Positions 8,723 through 19,228 of a stretch of 64,000 nt of DNA are shown here, in pieces. Origin of the DNA: a virus; the IMG/VR virus record IMGVR_UViG_3300021399_000161, positions 2,449-66,448 of that record; one strand, given 5' to 3'. Position 1 is the stretch's first letter, and every line of letters starts with the position of its first letter. The notes under the pieces were generated by a model that was given only the letters and a program-made list of their open reading frames with translations, did no database searches and was not told where the DNA came from. A program made the translations under genes and the position numbers.

Positions 8723-9952
8723 CTTGACTGGCACCAGGAAAGCCACGAAACCCGCATAGAAACCGCCTAGCAGCCGCATACAGACAGCAGACAGACGGAC
8801 ATATAGAAAGACCCGGAAGCCGTCACAAAAGGCCGTAAAAGGCCATACAGGAAGCCGCCACAAAGCACCCCGAAAAGGCCATAGGCAGGACGGTAAAGAA
8901 GAACTCGAAACAGGCCATACAGGGAACCGCCGCAAAGCTGGACATGGAAAGACGCCAGGAAGATACCAGCCGCCAGGAGACAGAAGCCCGGAAGACTGGC
9001 AGCAGATCGGAAGACATGGAGACATGCCCGGAAAGCTGGAGACGGGACACAGACAGAAAGCCGGAAAATCTGCTATCAGACCGGCAGACACCAAAATCCA
9101 AAACCACCAACAGCGGGACCGCGTAAGCGGTCCTTTTCCGCGTCCAGGATCGCACCGAAATAGAATTTTCCCCCGCCTTGGATCCCGCCGGAATGAAATT
9201 TTTCCCCGCAAAAAGCACTCCAAAACCCCGCCGGAATTGGGGCAAAAGTGGTTGAAAAAGTGCCCCAAGACATGCCCCTAAACCCCGCCAAAAATGCCCC
9301 ATTGGGGCATCACACTCAGAACGTTAAAAGTTTAACAATTACAGAAAATTCGAATTGGGGCAAAAATACCCCTGTTAGGGGCACGTTTTTTTACCATTTG
9401 CCCCTAAAAATGCCCCATCAAAAACCCCGTAGTTATAGGCTTTTTTGGGGTATTGGGGCATAAGGGGAATATATATATAAGTTAAAAAAATTATGTATAT
9501 GTATAGTGCATGTATTACATATATAAAGAATAACGGCAAAAATCATGCCCTTTTTGCCCCTAGACTGAATAGGGGCATGAAAACATAGAAAAGTTGAGTG
9601 TGTGCCAACCAGGAAGAGAAGCGGCTTTCCTGGTATAGGCCATCCAGGGGAAACCACCTTGTCAGGCGTCACGATCTGCAAAGCAGCGGCCACCTCCTTG
9701 ACAGGCTTTACGATCTTGCGCGGTTCCTGCCTTGATCGGCTTATACGGTCCGCAAAGAGACTTCACACCCTGTCAGGGCATCCAGTCCGGATCCTGGATA
9801 CAGCTTGCCTTGCCAGGCTTTACGGTCCGGAATTTCCGTATACGTCCCAATGCGCCCCGCCGCACGTTGTACAATGGTTATATAGGGCACGCAAACCCGA
9901 TACAGGGCGCCTAGGACGCCCAAATAGACCACTACAGAAAGGATTGCAGACC

Positions 9953-10522
9953 ATGCCTAGAGGCGGAAGCAAAGACGGGAATAACAGCCCCTTGATAGGG
10001 GATAACGGCGTTCTCGCCAGTACCGACGAGTTGACAGCCCTAACGCGGAACATGCGCGAAAACTTCATAAAGGATCTGTCGCGGCCGCCTGTAGATCTTC
10101 ATGACCCGGAAGCTACAAAAGAAGCTATATATAACTATCTCCTAGACTGTGAGCAGCACGGGAAACGCCCCGGAAACATGGGTTTATATAGGGCGCTGGA
10201 CATATCGCGGCAGGACGTTCACAGCATAATTACGGGACGCGATAAGAAGAAAGTAAGCCCTGAATGCTGCGACATTCTGAAAAAAGCGTTGCAAATGTTA
10301 GGCGAATACAGGGAGCAGCTAGGCGCACAAGGCAAGCTAAATCCTGTCACTATGATTTTTTGGCAAAAGAACTACGACGGACTACAGGACGCCCAGCAAA
10401 TAGAAGTCACCGCCCAGCAGGGCCCGGCCGCATCCATGACGCCGGAAGAGATAGCCAGGCAGATAGAGAAGGACATACCAATAGACGCCGACTATCAGGA
10501 GACGGACGGCGGCACACAGTAA
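9953..10522 (+). CDS. terS: terminase small subunit (Terminase_2/P27-like)
   Basis: NPVTMIFWQKNYDGLQD resembles the conserved 'IFLLKNNFGYKD' block of terS proteins; 189 aa; sits upstream of HNH and terL. Confidence 0.6.
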   Translation: MPRGGSKDGNNSPLIGDNGVLASTDELTALTRNMRENFIKDLSRPPVDLHDPEATKEAIYNYLLDCEQHGKRPGNMGLYRALDISRQDVHSIITGRDKKKVSPECCDILKKALQMLGEYREQLGAQGKLNPVTMIFWQKNYDGLQDAQQIEVTAQQGPAASMTPEEIARQIEKDIPIDADYQETDGGTQ

Positions 10523-10907
10523 GGGATACAGTAGCCCTATAGGCAGCCATACAGAGCTATATAGGGCACTATACAAGGCACTATGCAGGACACACACTAT
10601 CATAGACTATACACAACAGCCGCAATTATCAGACAATAAGCAATAGAGCGGCGCCGCATGCAGTAGCATATATAAAATGTATAGTTTGAGATGCTAATTT
10701 GTGTTATTTCGGGCATAGATCACTACGTCAAACACGGGTTTTCTGTATAGATCTAACCACGGTAAAGCGGTAAAGCATCCACCAGGGCACACCAGCCCCG
10801 CCGCGCTGCCTTGTCAGGCGGGACCCGGGCGGGGGTCTATATGCAACGAGTAGCCGCCCCGGTAAATCCCCAAAATACTCCGCATACAAAAAAGGCGAGG
10901 TAACTTC

Positions 10908-11552
10908 ATGGCAAAGACTCAGTCGATAATTGAAGCAACCCGATATGGTCGAGGGCGCGAGTTTCACGAGGAAATACATGCCGCGATGGAAGGCGTCTGT
11001 GCGAACTGCGGCAGTACGAAGCACATAGAGTACCATCACATAGTGCCGTTGCGTCTTGGTGGTACAAACCGGCTGACGAATATTGTGCCCTTGTGTCATA
11101 GATGTCATGCGGCGGCTCACAACGGAAGGCACGTGAAGCATTATGCGGATCACCCGAAGGATAGCGGTCGGCCTGCGAAATGTGACAACGAGGCGGCGTT
11201 TGAGGCATTGGATCTGCTTGCTGCCGGGGAGATAGGTGTCCGTAGATGTAAGGCTCTCATGAACCTGTCTGATCGAACACAGCCGCAGAAAGTAACGCAG
11301 TATAGCATCTGGAGAGAGAAGCGTGGGGTTACGAGCCTTCGGAACTTCTTGGATGTAAAGATAACGAACAGTCCGATGTCGGTAGAAGACGGTTGCGTGA
11401 TTGGAGAGGTGTCATACGCTGACGGGCGCACAGAGTCTATCTGTTTCAACGACACGGGGTTGAATGACAGCACGGTATACAGGGTACGCAATCAGGGGTA
11501 TGGGTTCATGACCTGGGGAGACATAAAAAAGCGGCAATGGATGGCAGTGTGA
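10908..11552 (+). CDS. HNH endonuclease (terminase-associated)
   Basis: CANCGSTKHIEYHHIVPLRLGGTNRLTNIVPLCHRCHAAAH is a classic HNH motif with a zinc-binding Cys pair. Confidence 0.8.
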   Translation: MAKTQSIIEATRYGRGREFHEEIHAAMEGVCANCGSTKHIEYHHIVPLRLGGTNRLTNIVPLCHRCHAAAHNGRHVKHYADHPKDSGRPAKCDNEAAFEALDLLAAGEIGVRRCKALMNLSDRTQPQKVTQYSIWREKRGVTSLRNFLDVKITNSPMSVEDGCVIGEVSYADGRTESICFNDTGLNDSTVYRVRNQGYGFMTWGDIKKRQWMAV

Positions 11553-11964
11553 GGCACGGTTTTGCGTTTTTGAATGCAGCTGCGTGGCGATACGGGTTTC
11601 GTATTGATAGGAGATAATTATGGCAGTATTGATACCGTTTACTATCATCCTGAACATCATATTCCTTGGCATCCTTGCCTTTTTCACAAAAGACCTTCAT
11701 TGGGGGACTGAGAAGGACAGGGTATCGATTATTGGGTTTGGGTTCATGATTGGGACGATAATTCTGAACATCATTCTCCTGTGCCTTGGTTGAAAGTTCA
11801 TAAACAAAGAGTGCAGGCTATAAAGGAACAGAGGACGAAAGCCACAGAGTCCATGCTGCCGATACCCGGAAGGCGGAGCCTTCCCCTTGTCGGGTGAGCA
11901 CTTGGCTCTTGATAGAAACTGGATATTTGATTTGTGTGTCTGGGATACATACTGGAGGAAATCT

Positions 11965-12375
11965 ATGAGTGAGAATAAGAAAGTGACTACTTGTCCCGAG
12001 AAGAAGCCAATTCCCGGCATGACAACCACCCCTGAGAAGAAAACAATCCCGGGCATGACCACCTGTCCCATTTGTCACCGGGACTTTCCGCTGATTGCGG
12101 AGGAGGCATACATAGCCAGGAATGTAAAGATGGGTGGTCTGGCAGCATCTCTCACGGGTACGGAACCGACAATCTACGATGTCATTGACTGTCCGCACTG
12201 CGGCTGTCAGGTGCGTTTGCAGGAGCGGCTTCGGGTTCACAATCCCATGGATGACTTCGACCTTGAGCTGGAAGACGATGATGTCGATGACTTCGATGAT
12301 GACTTCGATGATGAGGATCCCGAAGATGACTTTGACGCCGGGGAAGATGATGCAGAAGGATCAGAAGCCGACTGA
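11965..12375 (+). CDS. zinc-ribbon protein with poly-acidic C-terminus
   Basis: CPICH...CPHCGC motifs; DDFDLELEDDDVDDFDDDFDDEDPEDDF tail; RBS GGAGGAAATCT. Confidence 0.45.
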   Translation: MSENKKVTTCPEKKPIPGMTTTPEKKTIPGMTTCPICHRDFPLIAEEAYIARNVKMGGLAASLTGTEPTIYDVIDCPHCGCQVRLQERLRVHNPMDDFDLELEDDDVDDFDDDFDDEDPEDDFDAGEDDAEGSEAD

Positions 12376-13315
12376 CGGTTCCGGTCACGACGGCTTCGAT
12401 TATTCCGACTTTGAGGATGATTGCGAAGCGTCGGAAGATGAGGAATACGAGTAGGGCATATCTTTGGGTGATAGATCACATGGTTTGGCCATCTAGCATG
12501 ACCGATACACTGAAACAAGTTGGCCATACTCATTTACTCTCCTTTTTCATACGTTTTGGCGGGTGCGGGGCATTCCTGCATTCGCCGCATTGATTGATCA
12601 AGGCATCGTGTGACGATGACACACTTGGGCAGTCGCGACATGGCGTATTCCGACCTTGACCGGCATGGGAGGCGGCACTTCATGCTGACAGGTGAGCGGA
12701 TATGCCACCACGGTGCAACTCCGTGGCTGTCCACTATGCGTGGTGGTTGGATTTGGGGTCGCTACGTGGCGTTCCGTAGTCTCTATGCGGGACATCACAC
12801 AGCATCACAGCATCTTCGTCTGTTCCGGCCACACGAAGACACGCAGCACTGAACCGATGGACGCATCGGGGAGGGAGCCTGTGTACGTAAACCGGCGCAC
12901 CATGGACGCATGGGAGCTGGCGGGTGCATAGGTATAATTGGGGCATAGCATCAGGGTTGATCTGTCCCTGGTGATGTTCCAGACGTTGGTGTTGTAGCAG
13001 AAACGGGGATACATCGGGCAGTGTTTTCTGGTATCCGCCTCTTTGGCAATGTGGGGTGGTCTGTCAGTGGCTGACGCTTGAATGTGTTTCTATTACCCAC
13101 CTCAACATCAAAAAACGTGCAGGTTATCCCACTTGGCGTAAGTAGGGAACGCGCCGGGGCTGGCTCCTCTGGTCAGCCTGATGGAGATACGGGTCCGAGT
13201 CCCGTAGTGGGAGGTTGGTCGGCCACATGCATGAAAGAGGAATACCGCTCCTCCCAACGAACCTCGCCCCTGATTGCGTGTGGTTCGGCCATTATTGTGA
13301 TTGTGGACAAAGGAT

Positions 13316-15025
13316 ATGCAGAGACAACAGACGCTTGAGCAGAACAAAGACATCATCCGAAAACTTCATACGCTTGACCTGAATGACGTGAAAATCCTGA
13401 CCATGCTTTACGACATGTGCCTGGCTATCAAGGATGAAGACATCGATATGGCGAAGACCGAGATGAAGACGGTCAAGAACCGTGCGGCTTCCCTGACAAG
13501 GACTGTTGGAAAGCCTGCCGTGGAGTTGTATTGGAATGCCATGCTGTTTCTGGCGCAGAACCGCTGCCTGGATGAGGCGCTTATATACCTGGAAAGGTAT
13601 CGCCTGCCGGAGGACCGGTTCTATCTTCCGAGACGGAAGGTGTTCCTGAAGTTAGGTATCACACAAGCATTGCAGAGACTCATAGATGACGAAATAGATG
13701 TTCTTACATTGTCTTGCGCTCCTGGAATCGGAAAGACCACGATGTCCGAAATGTTCCTGTCCCTATGGATTGGATGGGATCCGGATGCCTGTAACCTGTT
13801 CAGCTCCCATTCCGGGCATGTCACCCGCATGGTATATGATGTCATCAGCAACATCATCGGGGCAGACTTGAAGAAGGGGCAGATACCGGAGTATGCCTGG
13901 CGGGAGATTTTCCCGACTGTCAATATTCAGGATGTGAATGCGAAGGAGGAGACGATCAACCTTGGCAAGTTCAAACCATTCAAGAGCATCACGTTCAGGG
14001 CTATCAATGCTTCTCAGACTGGCGTCACCCGTGCTGATGGGCTGTTGTATTGCGATGACCTATGCTCTGGCATTGAAGAGGCCCTTTCGAAGATACGTCT
14101 CGATAAGCTGTGGCAGAAGTACACCACAGACCTGAAGACCAGAAAGAAGGGTGGGCGGCATGGCAGGCGCGTGAAGGAACTGCACATAGCCACCCGGTGG
14201 AGTGTCCATGATGTCATTGGGCGTCTCCAGAGGCAGTATGAGGGAGATCCGCGCTGTGAATTCATTTCATATCCGGATATCGACCCTGAGACCGGGAAGA
14301 GTAACTGGAACTATGATTACGGCGTAGGGTTCGATGAGGCATATTTTGAGGACATCCAAAATACCCTTGACGATATCACCTACAAGTGTCTGTACAAGAA
14401 CCAGCCGATAGAACGAGAAGGCCTGCTGTTTGAGCCGGATCTGCTTCGGCGCTTCAGGGAACTGCCGCCGGGCAAGACGCCGGATGCCATATGGGGCTTC
14501 CTTGATCCGAAAGGTACTGGTACGGACTACAATACCTTGGGCGTCTTCTACCAGTACGGGACAGATTACTATCTGGCCGATGTAGTATTCCGGAATATCG
14601 ACCCGTACATGCTTGACCGGCTGAATGCCAATATGCTGATTGAGCATGACGTGCAGATCTGTCAGATTGAGTCGAACAAAGAAGGCGTAAGGACCGGAGA
14701 CGAGATACAGAGACTGGTGAAGGAAGCCGGTGGGCGATGCTCCATTGAGAAACGGTATTCGACTGCCAACAAGGAGACACGTATCATTGTCAATTCGCCG
14801 TGGGTGATACAGCACGTCCTGTTCCTGGAGGGCAAGTCTCCGGACAACCCTGACGGGTATGCTCCGAATTCCGAGTATGGGCAATTCATGGCGGCGCTGA
14901 CAAGCTACAGCCAACTTGCGAAAAATCCGCATGATGATGCACCGGATATGGTGACCATGCTTGCGATACATGAGGGTGGAGACAACCTGTCTCCTATAGC
15001 AACTATTTTCACTGGAGTTATGTGA
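13316..15025 (+). CDS. terL: terminase large subunit
   Basis: Walker A-like SCAPGIGKTT; about 570 aa; position between terS/HNH and portal. Confidence 0.8.
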   Translation: MQRQQTLEQNKDIIRKLHTLDLNDVKILTMLYDMCLAIKDEDIDMAKTEMKTVKNRAASLTRTVGKPAVELYWNAMLFLAQNRCLDEALIYLERYRLPEDRFYLPRRKVFLKLGITQALQRLIDDEIDVLTLSCAPGIGKTTMSEMFLSLWIGWDPDACNLFSSHSGHVTRMVYDVISNIIGADLKKGQIPEYAWREIFPTVNIQDVNAKEETINLGKFKPFKSITFRAINASQTGVTRADGLLYCDDLCSGIEEALSKIRLDKLWQKYTTDLKTRKKGGRHGRRVKELHIATRWSVHDVIGRLQRQYEGDPRCEFISYPDIDPETGKSNWNYDYGVGFDEAYFEDIQNTLDDITYKCLYKNQPIEREGLLFEPDLLRRFRELPPGKTPDAIWGFLDPKGTGTDYNTLGVFYQYGTDYYLADVVFRNIDPYMLDRLNANMLIEHDVQICQIESNKEGVRTGDEIQRLVKEAGGRCSIEKRYSTANKETRIIVNSPWVIQHVLFLEGKSPDNPDGYAPNSEYGQFMAALTSYSQLAKNPHDDAPDMVTMLAIHEGGDNLSPIATIFTGVM

Positions 15026-15041
15026 CGGGAGTGGATAGCGG

Positions 15042-15494
15042 ATGGACAAGTCTTTGCTGGCAGAATATGAGAGTGCCTGTAAGCTGATTGACGAGACCGA
15101 GAAGGATCTGAAGAAGCTGGTGGAAGCCAGTGAGAACGTCCTTCAGGACTCTGTGGTCGGCTCCAATCCTGTATTTCCGTATGAACCAAGGAAATTCCAC
15201 ATTGAGGGTATCGGTGGATATGTGAGCACGGAAGAGATATCCCAGTTCAGAGACATATTGAAGAGGCGCAGGGCTGCCGCAAAAAAACTACGGCTCGAGG
15301 TAGAGGCGTGGGTGAACACGATCCCACCGAGGATGCAGCGCATTGTCAGGCTCAGATATTTTGAAGGGGATACATGGGAGAAGGTGTCGGCGAAGATGGG
15401 CTTCACGTCTCCGAATGCGGCCAGAATGGCACTGGACAGGTTCCTGAAGGATGATTGTGGGAAAAATACCGAAAAAATCCTTGAGAACGCTTGA
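15042..15494 (+). CDS. sigma-70 region-4-like / ArpU-RinA-family putative late transcription regulator
   Basis: C-terminal block RIVRLRYFEGDTWEKVSAKMGFTSPNAARMALDRFLK resembles a region 4.2 helix-turn-helix. Confidence 0.45.
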   Translation: MDKSLLAEYESACKLIDETEKDLKKLVEASENVLQDSVVGSNPVFPYEPRKFHIEGIGGYVSTEEISQFRDILKRRRAAAKKLRLEVEAWVNTIPPRMQRIVRLRYFEGDTWEKVSAKMGFTSPNAARMALDRFLKDDCGKNTEKILENA

Positions 15495-15625
15495 CATGTT
15501 CGTTTTGTGCCGATAGTTTGAAAGTGGAAGAACAGCAGTATATGAGATGTGCGCGACCCGCATGTCTCTATTTTTTTGCGAACAGGACGTGCCGTTGGTG
15601 CGTCTTTTTGTGTTCGGGTGACGAG

Positions 15626-15796
15626 ATGGCGAAAGAAAAAATGGATTTCCGGTGCGGATCCTGCGGGAAACTGCTTGCCAGAACCAACGGCGATACAGAG
15701 ATAAAATGTCCGAGGTGCGGTTCTGTCAATATTTTGGACGCCGAGACCGGTGAAGTAAGTCACACTCCGAACCGGCGGGGTGACAAAGGCAGGTGA
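15626..15796 (+). CDS. Com-like zinc-ribbon protein
   Basis: FRCGSCGKLLAR...IKCPRCGS has two CxxC pairs as in Mu Com; overlaps the portal start. Confidence 0.4.
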   Translation: MAKEKMDFRCGSCGKLLARTNGDTEIKCPRCGSVNILDAETGEVSHTPNRRGDKGR

Positions 15797-17402
15797 TCTT
15801 GTGGACGGCGCATACCTGAAAGAATACGATCTGGAACTGCTTGGCAGAAAAAGGATATATACGGATGCCGATGAGATTACTGCAAAGAATATCTTCGGTG
15901 TTCTGAGTCAGGCAATGACGATCCATGAGATTAACATGCGGGAAGAGTTATACCTGCTGCGATACGAAAAGGGCGTTCAGCCGCTCGTAAGGGAGAAAGT
16001 TGTCAGAGACGAGATAAATATCGAGGTCTCCGATAACCTGGCGAACCAGATTGTCGAATTCAAGCTGGGTTATAACTACGGGAACCAGATATCCTATGTT
16101 CAGCGCGGAAACAAGGACATCTCGGGAGGCTCACCCGATGAAGATGACGATGCCGTAAGCCAGCTGAACGAGATGAATGACTTCGAGGGTGCCTATGCCA
16201 AGGATCAGGAGTGCTTCAGGTACATGGAGATCACGGGCATCGGGTATGAGATGATCGACGTGAAGCGCGACTATGACGGCACTTCCGTATTTGATCTGCA
16301 CGTTCCGCACCCCATGTACACATTTGTTGTGTACAAGAACGACATTGGCGAGACTCCCATGATGGGAATTACCTTCCGTCAGCTCGAGAACGGAGACAGG
16401 TACTTCACGTGCTACACGAAGGACACGCTGTTTGAGGTCAAGAACCTTGGCGAGATCGTCAATGGGGAACGAAAAGCCATATGGGGGTTTGATTCACAGC
16501 TTCCGGGCTATGCCGGTGAGAAGAACCCGCTCGGCATGATCCCGATTGTGGAATTCAACCGGGCATATGACCGCATGGGCGTGTTCGAACGGCAGATATC
16601 CATGATGGATGCGCTGAACGTGGAAGTCTCAGACTTTGTGAATGCGGCGGCGCAGGCCTGTCAGGAGATTTGGTGGGGCAATGATTTTGAATTCCCGGTG
16701 GACCCGAACACGAAGGAAATCATCAAACCAAAAACCGGCGGATGGGTGCTGACCAAGACACTGGCGAACGGCAAGACCCCGCTCATTCAGGCAATCACGA
16801 GCACCTTTGATTTCGAGAATGTCCAGAAGAACATCGAAAGTAAAAGGAATTCCATCCTTCAGAAATGCTATGTCCCGCTCCAGTCTGATCCGAGTGGCGG
16901 TTCCACTGCAAGTGCCATGAGTCTGTCTTCTGGATGGTCGGCAGCAGAAAATGCCGCCCAGAAGGAAGAGCAGATCGTCAAGAGAAGCAAACAGCAGATA
17001 TTGGCACTGGAACTGGCCGCAATCAAGGTTCGGTCCTACTGGCTGGAAGGCAGCCCATTGGTTGACCTGAAGCTGTCCGATGTGACCATCAAGTTCACCC
17101 GTCAGAAGACCTATGACCTTGGCACGAAGACCAACGCCATGGTTGCTATGATCAAGTCCGGCATCAATGGCCGGGTGGCCATGCAGACGGTTGACCTGTT
17201 CCCGGATGTGGCACAGGCCTGGGCAGACAGCAAGGAGACAATCGAGAAGTTCCAAGACTCGCTGTTTGACAAGAAGGAAACCGTCCAGACAGACACGAGA
17301 CGTGAGACTTCGGACCTTACTGACCAGACGGGGAACAGCCCCATCCTTGATGGCATGAATACAGATGCTGAGTCAGGTGGTGATGAAGATGTCGATACCT
17401 GA
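15780..17402 (+). CDS. portal protein
   Basis: 540 aa immediately after terL; acidic C-terminus; GTG start (alternative GTG at 15801 after AGGTGA). Confidence 0.75.
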   Translation: MTKAGDLVDGAYLKEYDLELLGRKRIYTDADEITAKNIFGVLSQAMTIHEINMREELYLLRYEKGVQPLVREKVVRDEINIEVSDNLANQIVEFKLGYNYGNQISYVQRGNKDISGGSPDEDDDAVSQLNEMNDFEGAYAKDQECFRYMEITGIGYEMIDVKRDYDGTSVFDLHVPHPMYTFVVYKNDIGETPMMGITFRQLENGDRYFTCYTKDTLFEVKNLGEIVNGERKAIWGFDSQLPGYAGEKNPLGMIPIVEFNRAYDRMGVFERQISMMDALNVEVSDFVNAAAQACQEIWWGNDFEFPVDPNTKEIIKPKTGGWVLTKTLANGKTPLIQAITSTFDFENVQKNIESKRNSILQKCYVPLQSDPSGGSTASAMSLSSGWSAAENAAQKEEQIVKRSKQQILALELAAIKVRSYWLEGSPLVDLKLSDVTIKFTRQKTYDLGTKTNAMVAMIKSGINGRVAMQTVDLFPDVAQAWADSKETIEKFQDSLFDKKETVQTDTRRETSDLTDQTGNSPILDGMNTDAESGGDEDVDT

Positions 17403-18087
17403 TGGCGTCAGTATTGAGGAACTGAATGAATTGTACGAGCGGGAGCGGGGCGATAAGCTGCGCTCCATGCCGTTTGAGCAGTTCTTCGGGGAGATGGATC
17501 TTTCGCAAGCGCAGAAGGAAAAACGCATTGAGACTGCGGAGGACATCTTCGAATTCATGCGTCTGACGATTGCCAGTATGTACTATGAGCGTGCGGCTCT
17601 TGGTTTCGATGAGATGAACCGCCTGGGTCCGGTGATATATACGGACTATACCGCTCCCGCAGAAGGGATTGAACGGAACTACCAACAGATGCTGGAAGAG
17701 ATGGATGCCCCGCATACGGAATACTTCGCGGCTACGCATGCGAGGACAACAGCATTGGAGATAGCACTTGCCACTACGATGCACTCCGATGACCCATACT
17801 TCTACAGCGATGACCGTGTACGGCTGATTGCTGAGAACGAGTCCAATAGCATCTGGAACGACTCGGATTATGCGGACGCCATCCTGACTGGCAAGACCAG
17901 AAAGACATGGCATGCAATTATCGACAGGGTGACACGAGGAACGCACAGGGATGTGAACGGTACTACCATTCCCATCTCTGAACCATTCACTGTCGGAGAC
18001 TCCCTGATGATGTTCCCGATGGATGAGTCAATGGGAGCTGGCCCCGAGGAAATTGTAAATTGCAGATGCTCTGTAACATATCATTGA
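17365..18087 (+). CDS. head morphogenesis protein (Mu F / SPP1 gp7-like)
   Basis: C-terminal NCRCSV motif typical of the Phage_Mu_F family; follows the portal gene; alternative start at 17383. Confidence 0.7.
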   Translation: MLSQVVMKMSIPDGVSIEELNELYERERGDKLRSMPFEQFFGEMDLSQAQKEKRIETAEDIFEFMRLTIASMYYERAALGFDEMNRLGPVIYTDYTAPAEGIERNYQQMLEEMDAPHTEYFAATHARTTALEIALATTMHSDDPYFYSDDRVRLIAENESNSIWNDSDYADAILTGKTRKTWHAIIDRVTRGTHRDVNGTTIPISEPFTVGDSLMMFPMDESMGAGPEEIVNCRCSVTYH

Positions 18088-18273
18088 TGAAAAAACAGAA
18101 ACACATTATCTAGTGATTGAGAGACTGGGAGATGCAACCCGGTCTCTTTCTCTATACGAGTCAGAGAAGACTCCCAAAAACACGACAGCAACAAAAACAA
18201 AATCAATCGTCAGAGAAGACGTAAAAACACACCAAACGGTCAGAGAAGACCTGAAAACACAGGAGGACACAAA

Positions 18274-18804
18274 ATGGCAGAAGAGACACGCACTGAGCAG
18301 ACGCAGGAACCCGCAGAGCAGAAGACCGAACAGGAGATTCCCGAGGTTACGATGGAGTCCCTGAGTGCTGACAACGCAAAGCTGAAGGCGGAAATCGCCA
18401 AACAGAAACTTGCGCTGGACAAGGCGCTTCACAACAACGGTGAACTGACCAAGCAGCTCCGGGCGAAGATGTCCGCTTCCGAGCAGGAGGCAGAAGCTAA
18501 GAGAGAGGCCGAAGAAGCCCAGGCGAACCGCATCAAGGAACTTGAGGATTACAAGCGCCGGTCCGAGGCAAGAGAGAGGTACATGGCTACCATCGGTATG
18601 TCTGCGGATCTGGCGAAAGAAGCGGCTGAAGCAGAAGTATCTGGAGACATGGATGCTCTGGCGTCTGTGTACAAGAGACATCAGGAAGCCGCCATCAGAG
18701 CGAGTGAGGCTGAGTGGCTGAAGAAGCGTCCGATGCCGGAGACCAGCCGGGAGGAGCAGGCGGCAAAAGAGGATCCGTTTCTCAAGGGCTTCAATCAGGG
18801 CTGA
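18274..18804 (+). CDS. scaffolding protein
   Basis: Coiled-coil E/K/A-rich 176-aa protein between the head morphogenesis and capsid genes. Confidence 0.6.
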   Translation: MAEETRTEQTQEPAEQKTEQEIPEVTMESLSADNAKLKAEIAKQKLALDKALHNNGELTKQLRAKMSASEQEAEAKREAEEAQANRIKELEDYKRRSEARERYMATIGMSADLAKEAAEAEVSGDMDALASVYKRHQEAAIRASEAEWLKKRPMPETSREEQAAKEDPFLKGFNQG

Positions 18805-18859
18805 CACATAAGACAGTAGAGTGCCATTGAGCGCCGTAGATGATAAGGAGGACCACAAA

Positions 18860-19228
18860 ATGGCACTTGGTATGAACTATGCCGAGAAGTATTCCCCGAT
18901 AGTAGACGAGCGCTTCGCACTCGGTTCCCTGACCGGCGGAATGGTAAACAACGAGTATGAGTGGATCGGTGTACAGACGGTAAACGTGTACTCGATCCCG
19001 ACGGCGGCTATGAACAACTATAGCCTGACCGGCATGAGCAGATACGGCACTCCTGCTGAACTTCAGAATGACGTTCAGGAGATGACCGTATCCATGGATC
19101 GCTCTTTCACCTTCACAATCGACCGCAAGAACCATGATGACACCATGATGGTCATGGAAGCTGGCCGTGCTCTCCGCAGACAGATCGATGAGGTTGTTAT
19201 ACCTAGACAGAATTGGGTCGCTGCGTAG
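18860..19228 (+). CDS. major capsid protein, N-terminal segment (putative exon 1)
   Basis: Strong RBS AAGGAGG; capsid position; ends in tandem stops TAGTAA immediately before the HEG insertion. Confidence 0.5.
   Translation: MALGMNYAEKYSPIVDERFALGSLTGGMVNNEYEWIGVQTVNVYSIPTAAMNNYSLTGMSRYGTPAELQNDVQEMTVSMDRSFTFTIDRKNHDDTMMVMEAGRALRRQIDEVVIPRQNWVAA

Noticed and set aside
4484-9240. Diversity-generating retroelement or template-repeat interpretation of the paired T-depleted tracts
   Set aside because: No reverse transcriptase gene is present, and the tracts share only composition and motifs, not a near-identical repeat.
8144-9268. 374-aa minus-strand ORF
   Set aside because: It is antisense to the well-supported lipoprotein gene 8213..8668 and to the T-depleted tract, it is Cys/Trp/Pro/Phe-rich and low-complexity, and it has no RBS.
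9602-9952. N-terminal 117-aa extension of the terS ORF (ORF track 9602..10522)
   Set aside because: The extension is a GC-rich repeat-containing translation (GHP/RL-rich) that overlaps the direct repeats. terS homology begins near the ATG at 9953, giving a typical ~189-aa TerS.
13140-13260. Hammerhead-like CTGATGG…GAAA elements upstream of terL
   Set aside because: The conserved CUGAUGA core is imperfect (the final A is a G) and the stem II / GAAA / stem III arrangement does not line up. Treated as chance similarity.
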